Shown here in pieces: positions 56,963 to 64,000 of a DNA stretch of 64,000 bases. The DNA is from Syntrophales bacterium (GTDB lineage Bacteria; Desulfobacterota; Syntrophia; Syntrophales; UBA2210): positions 656,948-720,947 of the forward strand of contig CAXXWJ010000002.1 in the NCBI GenBank assembly GCA_963665835.2, read 5' to 3'. The position numbers and the translations under genes are program-made. Every line of letters begins with the position of its first letter. The stretch's first letter is position 1. The notes beneath the pieces are model-generated. The model was not told the origin of the DNA, ran no database searches, and saw nothing but the letters and a program-made list of their open reading frames with translations.

Positions 56963-57054
56963 CTATGTCAAAGAACTAAGGAAGAGCGTTTCCAATATCA
57001 CGAGCATGAGTCAATAAGGGTGTCAATGAATTAAGTATACTGTCCCCGGAATAG
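56963..57054 (-). repeat. Cassette leader, variant J2
   Basis: Same as 49349-49440. The solo GTATACTGTCCCCGGAATAG is at 57035-57054. Confidence 0.9.
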
Positions 57055-57583
57055 GTCCCCCATCAAAACCAACCAGTGGAACGAATCCAGACCGGGGTTT
57101 CTCGAAGCCGATACGGTCGCTCATTGCGGCGATTCCACCGCCGGGATGTACGTCAACACCATAGATTTCGTCGATATCGCTACCGGGTGGACTGAACAAC
57201 GCGCAGTCTGGGGAAAAGGAGAATCCGGAGTCCTGGAACAGATCAAAAACATTGAAAAAACCCTCCCATTCCCAATCCTCGGCTTCGATTGCGATAATGG
57301 AGGCGAGTTCCTCAATTATCACCTCCTTAGGCACTTTACCGAAAGAAAACATCCCGTCCAGTTCACGAGAAGCAGAGCCTACCACAAAGATGACAACGCC
57401 CATATCGAACAGAAAAAATGGACACACATAAGGCAGTGGATCGGATATGACCGCCTGGATAATCCCAACGTCGTGTCATCCCTCAACAACCTCTATACCA
57501 AGGAATGGAGGCTCTTCCATAACTTCTTCTGTCCCTCCGTAAAACTCATCGCAAAAGAAAGAATTGAAGTTCCCCCGAAATGA
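57047..57583 (+). pseudogene. 5'-truncated DDE (rve-type) transposase fragment
   Basis: Own translation from 57050: ...IKTNQWNESRPGFLEADTVAHCGDSTAG, then the track ORF MYVNTIDFVDIATGWTE...FDCDNGGEF...NAHIEQKKW. The N-terminal DNA-binding part and the element ends are missing. Confidence 0.7.
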
Positions 57584-57664
57584 TGGACACACCGAAAAGT
57601 TAGAGATAAAGAAAGAGAAGTGGCCCTGGAAATTTGAACACGCCTTTAGGTGGGAAATCTGCTA

Positions 57665-58108
57665 CTAATAGCGCTCGTTGTTCCCATTGAAGTTGATATT
57701 TGCTACGGCATGTTTGCGGGTAGTATCGTATGTATAGGCGTAGCTGTTGGCGCCGTATGTCTTGGACATTATGTTGCCGATGGCGTTGTATGTGTAGTTT
57801 ATCGTGGGATAGGCACCATCGCTGGTCTCGGAGAGCAGCCGGTGGAGTTCGTCGTAGGTGTAGTCGTAGGTTACATCGGTAACTATGTTGTGGATCTCCT
57901 CGATGTCGCCTGCGGGTGTATAGCCGTAGCTCCAGTACTGTAGATCTCCCAGGATTGAGGTGGTACGTATGGAAGTGATCCTCATGGTGAAAGGATCATA
58001 GTAGCGGTAGTCGGTGGTTCCGTTTACGTGGCTGACCTGACCAACGGCACCGGAAGGTTTGTAATTGCTGTAATAGGCATAGACCCTTGAGTCGGATACG
58101 CCTTCCAC
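57665..58108 (-). pseudogene. Truncated Rhs cassette R6 (homology 57669-58252)
   Basis: The Rhs core stops after ...VANINFNGNN and is fused to unrelated sequence; no tip. Confidence 0.8.
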
Positions 58109-58252
58109 CGTTTGCAGGAGTCCCGTGCCGGGATAGTAGCTGTAGGATACCTGGTATCCGTCGGGATAGGTGATCTGCGTGGTCTTTCCGGCCAGATCGT
58201 AGGTATTCTGAGTATCGTAGTTGGTGGCATCGCCGGTGATGGTTTTATTTCA

Positions 58253-58344
58253 CTATGTCAAAGAACTAAGGAAGAGCGTTTCCAATATCACGAGCATGAG
58301 TCAATAAGGGTGTCAATGAATTAAGTATACTGTCCCCGGAATAG
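58253..58344 (-). repeat. Cassette leader, variant J2
   Basis: Same as the other J2 copies. Confidence 0.9.
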
Positions 58345-58360
58345 GACTGCGAAAGTTGAG

Positions 58361-58398
58361 TTATCTAAATATAAACATCTAAAGGGCGTCCCCAAGTT
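58361..58398. repeat. 38-nt repeat (copy 2)
   Basis: Identical to 44234-44271. Confidence 0.85.
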
Positions 58399-58423
58399 CT
58401 CCAGTTCTCGATTTGAATAGTTT

Positions 58424-58741
58424 TCACTCTAAGTTTGGGAAGAACTTCCAAGCATATACAAACGCCATCGGCCAAAATAGAAAAATAAAAATTATCCACT
58501 TCTTTTGCCCTAATATGAAATATGCATGATATATGGCAAAGAAAAATAATCCAAAAATCATTATAAGGCATTGTAAAATCAAGAATATTTCCCACCAGTA
58601 GGCTTCATTCCAACCAAGGGAATTATCCATAATCCTAGGGTCTTGAGAGCTTAAGATAAAGAGAAAATATAACACAAAGACCGTTACACTGACGAATACT
58701 GAATAAACAAACTTTCTTCTAAATATAACCCTTGTTATCAT
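58424..58741 (-). CDS. Three/four-TM small protein, putative orphan immunity protein
   Basis: 105 aa, hydrophobic, low GC. Follows a stranded toxin-tail fragment. Confidence 0.45.
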   Translation of the reverse strand: MITRVIFRRKFVYSVFVSVTVFVLYFLFILSSQDPRIMDNSLGWNEAYWWEIFLILQCLIMIFGLFFFAIYHAYFILGQKKWIIFIFLFWPMAFVYAWKFFPNLE

Positions 58742-58779
58742 ATGCTATCCTATACCTTCACATAATATATACCGCATCA

Positions 58780-59111
58780 CTAATCTCCTAGAAAATTCAT
58801 TTGCACTTTCCCATGTATTGCTTGGAAAGAACTAGGCCAACAAACAGTTAATCCAAATTCTACTTGCCCAAATTCAGAGGAAGAAAAACCTTTGTAATCC
58901 AAAGCAGGTGAGGTTAACCCGTTTATTCGTTCATAACCTAATCTAAACCCGCCAGCCTTAACTTGGAAACAAATCCTTTCTTCACTAAGATATTCGACTC
59001 CACTTCCTGTTAATCTGTCTATATTCATATCTGTAAATTCCCCCTCAAAAGCTAAACCTAACATTCTAAGTTTTAAGCCAAGCCCAACTCCGTGAGATAG
59101 GTTGAAAAATA
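58780..59111 (-). pseudogene. C-terminal fragment of an unknown protein (possible stranded toxin tip) cut by IS3
   Basis: The open frame runs into the IS3 left end at 59112; the apparent start codon lies inside the IS. No motif recognised. Confidence 0.4.
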
Positions 59112-59149
59112 TGGACACCAATGTTTAGGTAAGAAACCAAGACGGAGGT

Positions 59150-59470
59150 GTGAAAATGGAAAGGATACCGAACGGGCGCTACACGAAAGAGTTTCGAGAG
59201 GAAGCGGTAAAGATGGTGACGGATGGCGGCATGTCCGCGTTGGAGACATCAAAGCGATTATCATTGCCAAAATCAACGTTAGAGCACTGGATAAGGGTTT
59301 CCAAGACGGGGACCCTTGGTGAGATTGGCAAGGGCCAGCGTCCCCTGACAGAGATTGAGAGGGAGTTGGCGAAAGTGAAGCGAGAGTTGTCCCTGGCGAA
59401 GATGGAGAGGGACATCTTAAAAAAAGCGGCCGCGTACTTTGCCAAGGAGTCGCTGGAAGGTACGCGGTGA
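59150..59470 (+). CDS. IS3 family transposase OrfA
   Basis: …YTKEFREEAVKMV…ELAKVKRELSLAKMERDILKKAAAYFAKES. Likely ATG at 59156 behind GGAGG. Confidence 0.85.
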   Translation: MKMERIPNGRYTKEFREEAVKMVTDGGMSALETSKRLSLPKSTLEHWIRVSKTGTLGEIGKGQRPLTEIERELAKVKRELSLAKMERDILKKAAAYFAKESLEGTR

Positions 59471-60330
59471 TCAGAGTGTTGCGACTGGCCTATTGTGTTT
59501 CGCTGCTATGCCGTGTGTTGGAGGTGACGACAAGCGGATACTATGCTTGGATCAAGCGTCCGCTTACTATCAGGCAGCGAGAGGAGGAGAGACTGGAACT
59601 GGAGATCCGCGCCGCTCATAAACGGACGCGCCAGACGTACGGTCCGGAGCGCTTGCAGCGGGATTTGGCCGATAACGGAATCGTCGTGGGCGTCCACCGG
59701 ATCAAGCGGATTCGCCGGAAGCTCGGCCTGCGTTGCCGGCAAAAACGGAAGTTTAAGGTTACGACGGACTCGCGGCATTCTCTGCCCGTGGCGGAGAATC
59801 TGCTGAATCAGAAGTTTGAAGCATCCGCGCCTAACCAGATCTGGCTGAGCGATATCACTTACATCCCCACCGGAGAAGGTTGGCTGTATCTTGCCGGCCA
59901 TAAGGATCTTTTTACCGGAGAAGTCGTGGGTTATGCCATGGCAGAGCGTATGACGAAGAACCTGGTCAGCGAGTCCCTTTTTCGGGCCATAGCCGCCAAA
60001 CGACCCGGAGCGGGGTTGATTCACCATTCGGACCGGGGGAGCCAGTATTGCGCTCTGGAATACGCCTTCTTGCTTGACAGATGCGGGATGAGGGCCTCTA
60101 TGAGCCGGAAAGGAAACTGCTATGACAACGCCCCTATGGAAAGCTTCTGGGGCATGCTCAAGAACGAACATGTCCACCATTGCCGGTATGCAACCAGACA
60201 AGAGGCGATACTGGACATCACGGAGTACATCGAGATCTTCTATAACCGGCAAAGAAGGCAGGCCAAACTCGGGTTCTTGTCACCTGCCGCTTTTGAACGA
60301 TGGTTCTATCAAAAACGGCTGGCAGCATGA
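59467..60330 (+). CDS. IS3 family transposase OrfB
   Basis: WLSDITY...HSDRGSQY...GNCYDNAPMESFW DDE motifs. Confidence 0.85.
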   Translation: MIRVLRLAYCVSLLCRVLEVTTSGYYAWIKRPLTIRQREEERLELEIRAAHKRTRQTYGPERLQRDLADNGIVVGVHRIKRIRRKLGLRCRQKRKFKVTTDSRHSLPVAENLLNQKFEASAPNQIWLSDITYIPTGEGWLYLAGHKDLFTGEVVGYAMAERMTKNLVSESLFRAIAAKRPGAGLIHHSDRGSQYCALEYAFLLDRCGMRASMSRKGNCYDNAPMESFWGMLKNEHVHHCRYATRQEAILDITEYIEIFYNRQRRQAKLGFLSPAAFERWFYQKRLAA

Positions 60331-60345
60331 AAGGTTTGGTGTCCA

Positions 60346-61977
60346 CTATTGACGACCGACCTCACCGGCGCCTTTTTCTGATCCCGCAAAAAAATTACGA
60401 ACAGATGGTAAAGCCTTATTATGAATCCAAGGGAGCAATCGTTCATGAGCCCAGTCATTAGCAATACTGCCAATACATGCTGTTATTGCACCTTGTCGAA
60501 ATCCTCCCCAAAAGTCGTTTTGATAAATCTGACCGGTTATACCACCGAAGACACCACCAATTAGCGATCTACCAGCACACCTTACAGCATAATTCAAACC
60601 CTTCATATATTGGCCAGTCCAAGCACCAAAGCCACCAGATATACCACCAACTAGCATGCCAACTCCTAAATCACCACCGGTAATCCCGGAATTGATTGCA
60701 CCTGAAATTACACCAGCCCCGGCATGCATGCCAGCAGCTACGACACTAGGCAGGCCATATTCTCCTATAATCCCTCCAGCAGCGCCAAAAAGCCCTCCAC
60801 TTATAGCTCCCGTTAACATACCAGTTAATATATTGCCACCTGTAACTGCTGATGTAATAGCCCCTATGAAGCCGCCTATCAGTGCCCCAACTATAATGTC
60901 ATCAATAAGAAAAAAATTTCCGCTCGGATCGACATACATCAAAGGACTGTTGATACAGTAACTGTATCTGTTAAGTGACTGGGGATTGAATGGTGCCTGA
61001 ACAATGGGATCGGGGGAGATGAATCTCCCGATCATGGGGTCGTAGTATCTGGCGCCGTAGTTGTAGAGGCCTGTCTCGGGGTCCAGCTCCTGATCGGTGT
61101 ATTTGTAGTTGGTGAGGGTGGCGCCGGAATGGCTTCTTGTTGTTCCGAAGGGATTGTATTCGGTGGATTCCGCGATTGCTCCGGATGAATCGGAAATAAC
61201 CGTGGAGCTTCCAAGATGATCACCATGCAAAATATGGTAACCGGAGGTTGTAACTTTGGCTATACGAGTACCTCCGGCGAAGATGTATTTTGTGTATGTG
61301 CTGTCCTTTTTCTCGTAATGGGAACCTATGTACCAGGTGGTGGAACCTCCCTGTATGGCCTTCTTAACCCTCGTGCCGCTGCCGTCGTATGTAAATGCGG
61401 AGGTTACGGTCGCTGCCTTCGTCCATACGATATTGGTTGGTAGGTTGTCGGCATTGTAGCTTATGGCACGGGTCGCTGTCTGCGTCGGATCGGTGAAGTC
61501 CGGCCCTGCTGTCATGTTGCCGTTTCCGTCGTATGTATATGCGTAATCGTTCCCGTTGAAGTTGATATTTGCTACGGCATGTTTGCGGGTAGTGTCGTAT
61601 GTATAGGCGTAGCTGTTGGCGCCGTATGTCTTGGACATTATGTTGCCGATGGCGTTGTATGTGTAGTTTATCGCGGGATAGGCACCATCGCTGGTCTCGG
61701 AGAGCAGCCGGTGGAGTTCATCGTAGGTGTAGTCGTAGGTTACATCGGTAACTATGTTATGTATCTCCTCGATGTCGCCTGCGGGTGTATAGCCGTAGCT
61801 CCAGTACTGTAGATCTCCCAGGATTGAGGTGGTACGTATGGAAGTGATCCTCATGGTGAAGGGATCATAGTAGCGGTAGTCGGTGGTTCCGTTTACGTGG
61901 CTGACCTGACCAACGGCACCGGAAGGTTTGTAATTGCTGTAATAGGCATAGACCCTTGAGTCGGATACGCCTTCCAC
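60346..61977 (-). CDS. Orphan Rhs C-terminal cassette R7 with glycine-zipper-rich tip, probably truncated by IS3
   Basis: Rhs core, VDPSG (G at 60919-60921), then a 190-aa Gly-rich tip. The stop codon abuts the IS3 right end. Homology extends to 62121. Confidence 0.8.
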   Translation of the reverse strand: MEGVSDSRVYAYYSNYKPSGAVGQVSHVNGTTDYRYYDPFTMRITSIRTTSILGDLQYWSYGYTPAGDIEEIHNIVTDVTYDYTYDELHRLLSETSDGAYPAINYTYNAIGNIMSKTYGANSYAYTYDTTRKHAVANINFNGNDYAYTYDGNGNMTAGPDFTDPTQTATRAISYNADNLPTNIVWTKAATVTSAFTYDGSGTRVKKAIQGGSTTWYIGSHYEKKDSTYTKYIFAGGTRIAKVTTSGYHILHGDHLGSSTVISDSSGAIAESTEYNPFGTTRSHSGATLTNYKYTDQELDPETGLYNYGARYYDPMIGRFISPDPIVQAPFNPQSLNRYSYCINSPLMYVDPSGNFFLIDDIIVGALIGGFIGAITSAVTGGNILTGMLTGAISGGLFGAAGGIIGEYGLPSVVAAGMHAGAGVISGAINSGITGGDLGVGMLVGGISGGFGAWTGQYMKGLNYAVRCAGRSLIGGVFGGITGQIYQNDFWGGFRQGAITACIGSIANDWAHERLLPWIHNKALPSVRNFFAGSEKGAGEVGRQ

Positions 61978-62121
61978 CGTTTGCAGGAGTCCCGTTCCGG
62001 CATAATAGCTGTAGGATACCTGGTATCCGTCGGGATAGGTGATCTGCGTCGTCTTTCCTGCCAGGTCGTAGGTATTCTGGGTATCGTAGTTGGTGGCATC
62101 GCCGGTGATGGTCTTATTCCA

Positions 62122-62201
62122 CTATGTCAAAGAACTAAGGAAGAGCGTTTCCAATATCACGAGCATGAGTCAAGAGCAGACTTGACCCCTTGGGGGTTTT
62201 A
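62122..62201 (-). repeat. Cassette leader, variant J1 (with 2 extra G/C in a homopolymer)
   Basis: As 53939-54016 but CCCTTGGGGG instead of CCCTTGGG. Confidence 0.9.
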
Positions 62202-63283
62202 TCCACATCAATTATTTTTGTCTTTACCGGCAAACTCGGTTGCTCAGTAAAGCTTAAAGGCAATTTTGGGAACCAGTAGGGTGTACTACCGTAGGCAATA
62301 AAGTTCCATTTGAGTGTTTCTCTGTCTATTACATAGATTGCGGATCTTTTACTTGAATCAGCTGTAAACATTATTCTCCAAATTCCACCTAGGAACTTCT
62401 CGAGCACAAACTGACTGCTGTCGGGCGACCATGGGAATTCCGTGATCGGATAAACGGAACTTCCAAACTTGTCACCCTTATTGTTTTTAAAGACCAGCTT
62501 CCTGGTCAGATTGTTCTTTGATAGCAAAATTATGTCATAGTATGCTCCTAACGTTATTGCCAGACAGTCCCCCTCATAACACTCTCTACCACACTGCTGA
62601 CCATATGTTTCGATATCATCCGGTACATCCCACTTCAACACATGCCTTCCGTCAGGCGATACGAAATCACACCTCGTCCTTGCAATAGGCCCTCTTTGAA
62701 CAAAAAAATCAACCACCCCGGATCTTTTCTTGTATCTCCGAATTATAAACTCTCGCGTGGACAAGTCATAGGTAAGAATCTTATCGATTTTGAGTTTATT
62801 TGATCGCAGTGGTTCATATCGTAGTTGCTCATCCTTCACGAAACTGAACATATGGAAGCTATCACTATTATCCGACCACCAACACTCCTGCCTCATCCAA
62901 TTCCCTTCCGGCATGTTTATCCGAATGAATGAAGCGTCCTTAAAATCGTATAACCGTAACTCACCCTTTTCTTCTACTTGATTATTAACCGTCAGATCGA
63001 GTGTTATAATTAGCATCCACCTCCCGTCAGGGGATACGCGGAAATCGGCAGGGCCATTATCTACTACCCTATTATCACTGCCATCAGGATTTACAGAAAA
63101 TATTGTCCAGTCATTTTCGAAGATTATTCGTTCGCTATGACTCACCGATTGATTTGCCTCAGCCCTATCTTCGTATCTAATCGTATCTGATGCACATGAG
63201 ACCAAGATGTTACTTAGCAACAGGATCATTAAGATACAAATAAAATTTCTCAACAGGTTTTGCATGCATATTTCCCCTCTCAC
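62135..63283 (-). CDS. TolB-like beta-propeller lipoprotein, paralogue of 53973-55094, putative immunity to R8
   Basis: Lipobox LVSC. The C-terminal half is nearly identical to its paralogue and the central ~100 aa are divergent. Probable start MQNLL at 63265. The 3' end is frameshifted relative to the paralogue. Confidence 0.6.
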   Translation of the reverse strand: MRGEICMQNLLRNFICILMILLLSNILVSCASDTIRYEDRAEANQSVSHSERIIFENDWTIFSVNPDGSDNRVVDNGPADFRVSPDGRWMLIITLDLTVNNQVEEKGELRLYDFKDASFIRINMPEGNWMRQECWWSDNSDSFHMFSFVKDEQLRYEPLRSNKLKIDKILTYDLSTREFIIRRYKKRSGVVDFFVQRGPIARTRCDFVSPDGRHVLKWDVPDDIETYGQQCGRECYEGDCLAITLGAYYDIILLSKNNLTRKLVFKNNKGDKFGSSVYPITEFPWSPDSSQFVLEKFLGGIWRIMFTADSSKRSAIYVIDRETLKWNFIAYGSTPYWFPKLPLSFTEQPSLPVKTKIIDVDKTPKGSSLLLTHARDIGNALP

Positions 63284-63289
63284 TTTACC

Positions 63290-64000
63290 TTATCGCTCAC
63301 TTCCCCACCACCAGTAGCCAAGAGTCCCCGCATAATGAAAATTCGAATAATAATTCATGGGAGACAAGTAGCCGAATCTACTGGAACAATTGCGATATAA
63401 AAAATTATAGGAATTGCTAAAATTAATACCTTCCCTTCCTGTAGGCATGCCAACTTTGTGCTCTGGGTAATAGGGAGCCTTTGGATCCACAGGCGATCCG
63501 TTGTATTCAATTACCAAATATTTTGAACCATATGGGAGATCAAAATCGGTAATCGCAGCTGTGTGATTACCAAATCCCAGCCATTGCATCAACTTCTGCT
63601 TCAAACTATTGCCTTGCAATAGTAACCTTGCGTTGGGGTTCTCCGCTCGAATTTTCGCTGCCGTCTCTCTAGTCAATGTCTCGGCACCATTAAACCGTAA
63701 TGCCATCAAAGCCACGTCAGCGGCAAGAGCGTAAAGAGCACCTTTGAAAGCACAGTCTTCTCCACCACCAATATATCCAGAGGTAAAACCTCCGAGGCCT
63801 GCGGCAATAGAATTACTCGGAAAACCACAAGCGATCAATCCGCCCGTCACGGTACCACCAATTGCTCCCAATGCTGCCCCTTTAATTGTACCTTCAAGAA
63901 TATTTCCTCCATAAACCGCTGCAAAAAGTCCTCCACTTGTAGCACCTGCTGCACCTCCCCCGGCAGCACCAGCGGCAACTATTCCTGCAGGTCCACGACC
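63290..64000 (-). CDS. Rhs cassette R8 toxin tip (paralogue of the R5 tip), 5' part beyond the window
   Basis: 63872-64000 is near-identical to the Gly-rich part of R5. The C-terminal ~85 aa partly diverge from R5. Confidence 0.8.
   Translation of the reverse strand, partial: GRGPAGIVAAGAAGGGAAGATSGGLFAAVYGGNILEGTIKGAALGAIGGTVTGGLIACGFPSNSIAAGLGGFTSGYIGGGEDCAFKGALYALAADVALMALRFNGAETLTRETAAKIRAENPNARLLLQGNSLKQKLMQWLGFGNHTAAITDFDLPYGSKYLVIEYNGSPVDPKAPYYPEHKVGMPTGREGINFSNSYNFLYRNCSSRFGYLSPMNYYSNFHYAGTLGYWWWGSER

Larger units (their letters stand above)
59112..60345 (+). mobile_element. IS3-family insertion sequence (1234 bp)
   Basis: Ends TGGACACCAA... / ...TTGGTGTCCA. orfA/orfB with A7G slippery run at 59419-59426. 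Flanking triplets ATA / CTA do not match. Confidence 0.8.

Noticed and set aside
57023-57427. 134-aa minus-strand ORF ending ...IPGTVYLIH.
   Set aside because: It is antisense to the DDE transposase fragment. Its C-terminus is simply a read-through of the conserved J2/solo-end DNA; the same tail appears on the R3 ORF.
46595-62201. Regularly recurring ~55-90 nt leader repeats, considered as a possible CRISPR-like or integron attC-like array.
   Set aside because: Spacing is 0.8-3.9 kb and irregular, and the intervening DNA is protein-coding rhs/immunity sequence. No cas or integrase gene is present, and apart from a short hairpin in J1 there is no attC-like extended imperfect palindrome.
1-64000. 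Search for tRNA, rRNA, tmRNA, CRISPR repeats, integrase or phage structural genes.
   Set aside because: I could not recognise any by eye. Absence is not proven without tRNAscan or Rfam scans.

Overview
All calls come from reading the sequence and the supplied ORF translations by eye; no BLAST, HMM or folding was run. Gene content (AbfD-type dehydratase, TusA/DsrE, many PAS/GGDEF sensors) suggests an anaerobic, Desulfobacterota-like bacterium, but that is inference only.

The window splits into two parts.

(1) 1-38.6 kb is ordinary chromosome:
- an AbfD-like gene running off the left edge, with a frame break in an A7 run
- an AI-2E transporter
- a TetR-TolC-HlyD-ABC-ABC-permease-permease efflux operon (ybhGFSR/cecR-like)
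- a UbiA prenyltransferase / radical-SAM-SPASM pair
- acetolactate decarboxylase, a BON lipoprotein and AsmA
- a c-di-GMP signalling neighbourhood (3 GGDEF proteins, 1 HD-GYP protein)
- Fe/Mn SOD
- amt-glnK behind a sigma-54-type promoter
- a large class III cyclase carrying a CCHC zinc knuckle
- a TusA-DsrE-IscS-IscU cluster whose IscS-like protein lacks the PLP lysine
- a small putative transmembrane redox cluster (secreted SoxZ/SOR-like protein, cytochrome b561-like membrane protein, WrbA, SHOCT protein)

(2) 38.6-64 kb is accessory DNA:
- An IS graveyard holds an IS630 element, IS4 and Y1 remnants, and a Y1/HUH transposase-like gene split by an IS481-like element that is itself split by an IS3 element.
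- It is followed by a 20-kb minus-strand tandem array of eight rhs (YD-repeat) C-terminal toxin-tip cassettes with downstream immunity-like genes.
- All seven 5' ends visible in the window begin at the same nucleotide, behind a conserved non-coding leader. R8 runs off the right edge.
- Several cassettes are decayed by IS insertion, truncation or a MITE-like element.

No tRNA, rRNA or CRISPR array was seen.
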